64,000 nt of DNA, from the NCBI GenBank assembly GCA_030704615.1, contig CM060734.1, positions 58,404,001 through 58,468,000 of the forward strand, in the 5' to 3' direction. The notes under the pieces are model-generated. The model saw only the letters and a list, made by a program, of their open reading frames with translations. It had not been told where the DNA came from and searched no databases. Both the position numbers and the translations under genes were made by a program. Below are positions 62,301 to 64,000 of this stretch, one piece after another (the first letter of the stretch is position 1; the number at the start of each line of letters is the position of its first letter). The DNA comes from Takakia lepidozioides. Lineage: Eukaryota > Plantae > Bryophyta.

Positions 62301-62887
62301 GGCCAAAAGTTATGATGCAAAAGGATTCTCAAATTCGTTCATGGTTTCAAGCAGCCTGGCACAATTTGTCAACACAGAAATTCGGCATTGATGATATTTT
62401 CTATAAGGGACATGTGGCATGGAAATACTTGCACGGTGCACAAGTAATTGGTACCCCACTCACCTGGACAGACAAGGAGCTCAGTGTCTTCACCAATTTT
62501 GCTGTTCAGCGTTTACAGCAAGTTTTAAAATATAAACTTCCAGACATGGTAGGACAACATTGTATGCCCCAGAGGATTCCACAAAAAGTTCGACAATTAA
62601 AACACCTGAGAGGCGATGAGGATTCTGATACAACTGTTTCTTCAGCGGATTCTTTTGACATGGGAGAAGACTATGCAATTCAGATGGCAGAGAAGAAGCG
62701 ACGGGGGTCTCCTATGCCTGAAAGGTTACCTCGATATCAGCCTCCAGAGGGCCTCACTTATCCGGGTAGTGTTCAAACATCTCCGTCAACCAGTGACAGA
62801 CCTCGGGCTCGTACACACAGTCCGCCACGAAACTCTCAACGTCAGAAAGGTGCTCGATCACAAAGGTTTGCTAATCCCAATCAGTAA
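59333..62887 (+). pseudogene. Extra 3' ORF of the retrotransposon (about 1184 aa; plant-transposon-protein-like N-terminus plus long coiled coil), with two in-frame stops
   Basis: ORFs 59198-59761, 59774-62119 and 62159-62887 share one frame, broken only by TAG 59759-61 and TGA 62117-19. The ORF ends about 20 nt before the PPT. Confidence 0.85.
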
Positions 62888-62908
62888 ACCGTGAGGACAC
62901 GGCTTTTT

Positions 62909-62925
62909 GAGAGGGGAAGGGGTAA
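62909..62925 (+). promoter_or_regulatory. Polypurine tract
   Basis: gagaggggaaggggtaa lies immediately before the 3' LTR TG. Confidence 0.9.
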
Positions 62926-63930
62926 TGTTAGAGGACTGTCTAGGACTTAGACACTTATACGGGATCTGTAGGGTACCCTTAATTTTTGCACAAACTGAGA
63001 CCAACAGGAGCCTTAGGGGTGACAGCAGCGCACTGTAGAGGGGGGTTACACAGTCCGTCACAGTCCAACACAGCCCGTCATAGCCAACACATCCCATCAC
63101 AGTCGTCACAGCCGACACAGCCACACAGCCAGTCACAGTCAACACAGCTCGTCACAGCCCAACACATCCATCACAGCCAACACAGCCCGTCACAGCCGAC
63201 ACAGCCACACAGCCAGTCACAGCCCGACACAACCAAACACAGTCGCACAGCCAGTCACAGCCCGTCACAGTTTCACACAGCCAGTCACAGCTTGACACAG
63301 CTGTCACGACCATAGGGAACGGAGAGCAGGACAGGGAACGACTGTGGGGAACAACACCTGCAAATGGAACATGTTAGTTCACAGACGACGGTTAGTGAGG
63401 GAAACGGTTAGAGCCACGGGTAGGAAGATAAAGCGAGAAGCAAGGACTGAGAAGGGGGATTCTTGGAAGCACTTCGGACATCACTGGGGGAAAGGAAGAG
63501 GGAGCGGATCTCTGAGCAGAAAGATGGAGAACACGGAGTAGGAGGAGGAGGAGGTATTGAGGCATAATGAACGCAAGCAGTAGAATTGTAATGTAGAGCA
63601 GATTAAAGACTCCATGGTTTCAGCCTGATACTTGATAAATATTAATCTGATACACACTTCATACTCACACTGTGTAGAGAGATCTGAGTGAAGCTGTGGA
63701 ATGAATGGATGAGTTGATGGAGCAAACTGATACTTAATTACCAGCAGTAAGGTAACTAGCTAACATGAATGCGGGAAGGAAAACAAATAGGAAACACCCC
63801 CATGATACACTAGCTGTAGGTCATGACTGATTGTTCTGAGCGGGCTGAGTACTTAGAGATTTCCAACTCTTCTATCTTGGAGTTTCCGCCTCGGATAGCG
63901 AAGGGATGGATGAGTAAAAGCCGCGCGACA
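62926..63930 (+). repeat. 3' LTR (1005 bp)
   Basis: Near-identical to 52215-53226 and followed by TSD TAGCA. Confidence 0.97.
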
Positions 63931-64000
63931 TAGCAGCTTCTCTACGAATGGATGTAGGTAAATCCGGCTCTCAGCCAAAGAGAAGAAAATTAGGTGAGAA

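Larger units (their letters stand above)
52215..63930 (+). mobile_element. Ty3/gypsy non-chromovirus LTR retrotransposon (Athila/Tat/Phygy-like), non-autonomous, 11.7 kb
   Basis: TG...CA LTRs at 52215-53226 and 62926-63930; 5-bp TSD TAGCA (52210-52214, 63931-63935); PBS, PPT, gag-protease and integrase pieces. Confidence 0.97.

Overview
Eukaryotic nuclear DNA from a non-seed land plant, most likely a bryophyte (inferred from gene and transposon style). Four intact-looking genes were reconstructed by hand from GT-AG junctions: a 13-exon cytosolic HSP90 (+, 432-5418, about 725 aa, ending MEEVD); a 28-exon CLU/FRIENDLY clustered-mitochondria gene (-, 24298-6880, about 1481 aa); an 8-exon cyclic nucleotide-gated channel (+, 39265-48242, about 736 aa); and an intronless bulb-type lectin (-, 50802-50338). 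The CLU and CNGC introns carry many pieces of one APE/RT/CCHC (RTEX-like) LINE family whose 3' tails are stacked head-to-tail in (CT)n repeats. The 26-37 kb intergenic region holds MITEs, tRNA-derived SINE-like elements, a decayed gene with a PARP-type zinc finger and a decayed N4/N6 DNA methyltransferase-like fragment. The last 12 kb is a young non-chromovirus Ty3/gypsy element (52215-63930, TSD TAGCA) nested in an older element whose integrase ends in a PHD finger. The young element lacks most of RT and all of RNase H, has an inverted and circularly permuted integrase block, and carries an extra ORF of about 1184 codons after pol. No database searches were run; family assignments come from motif recognition.
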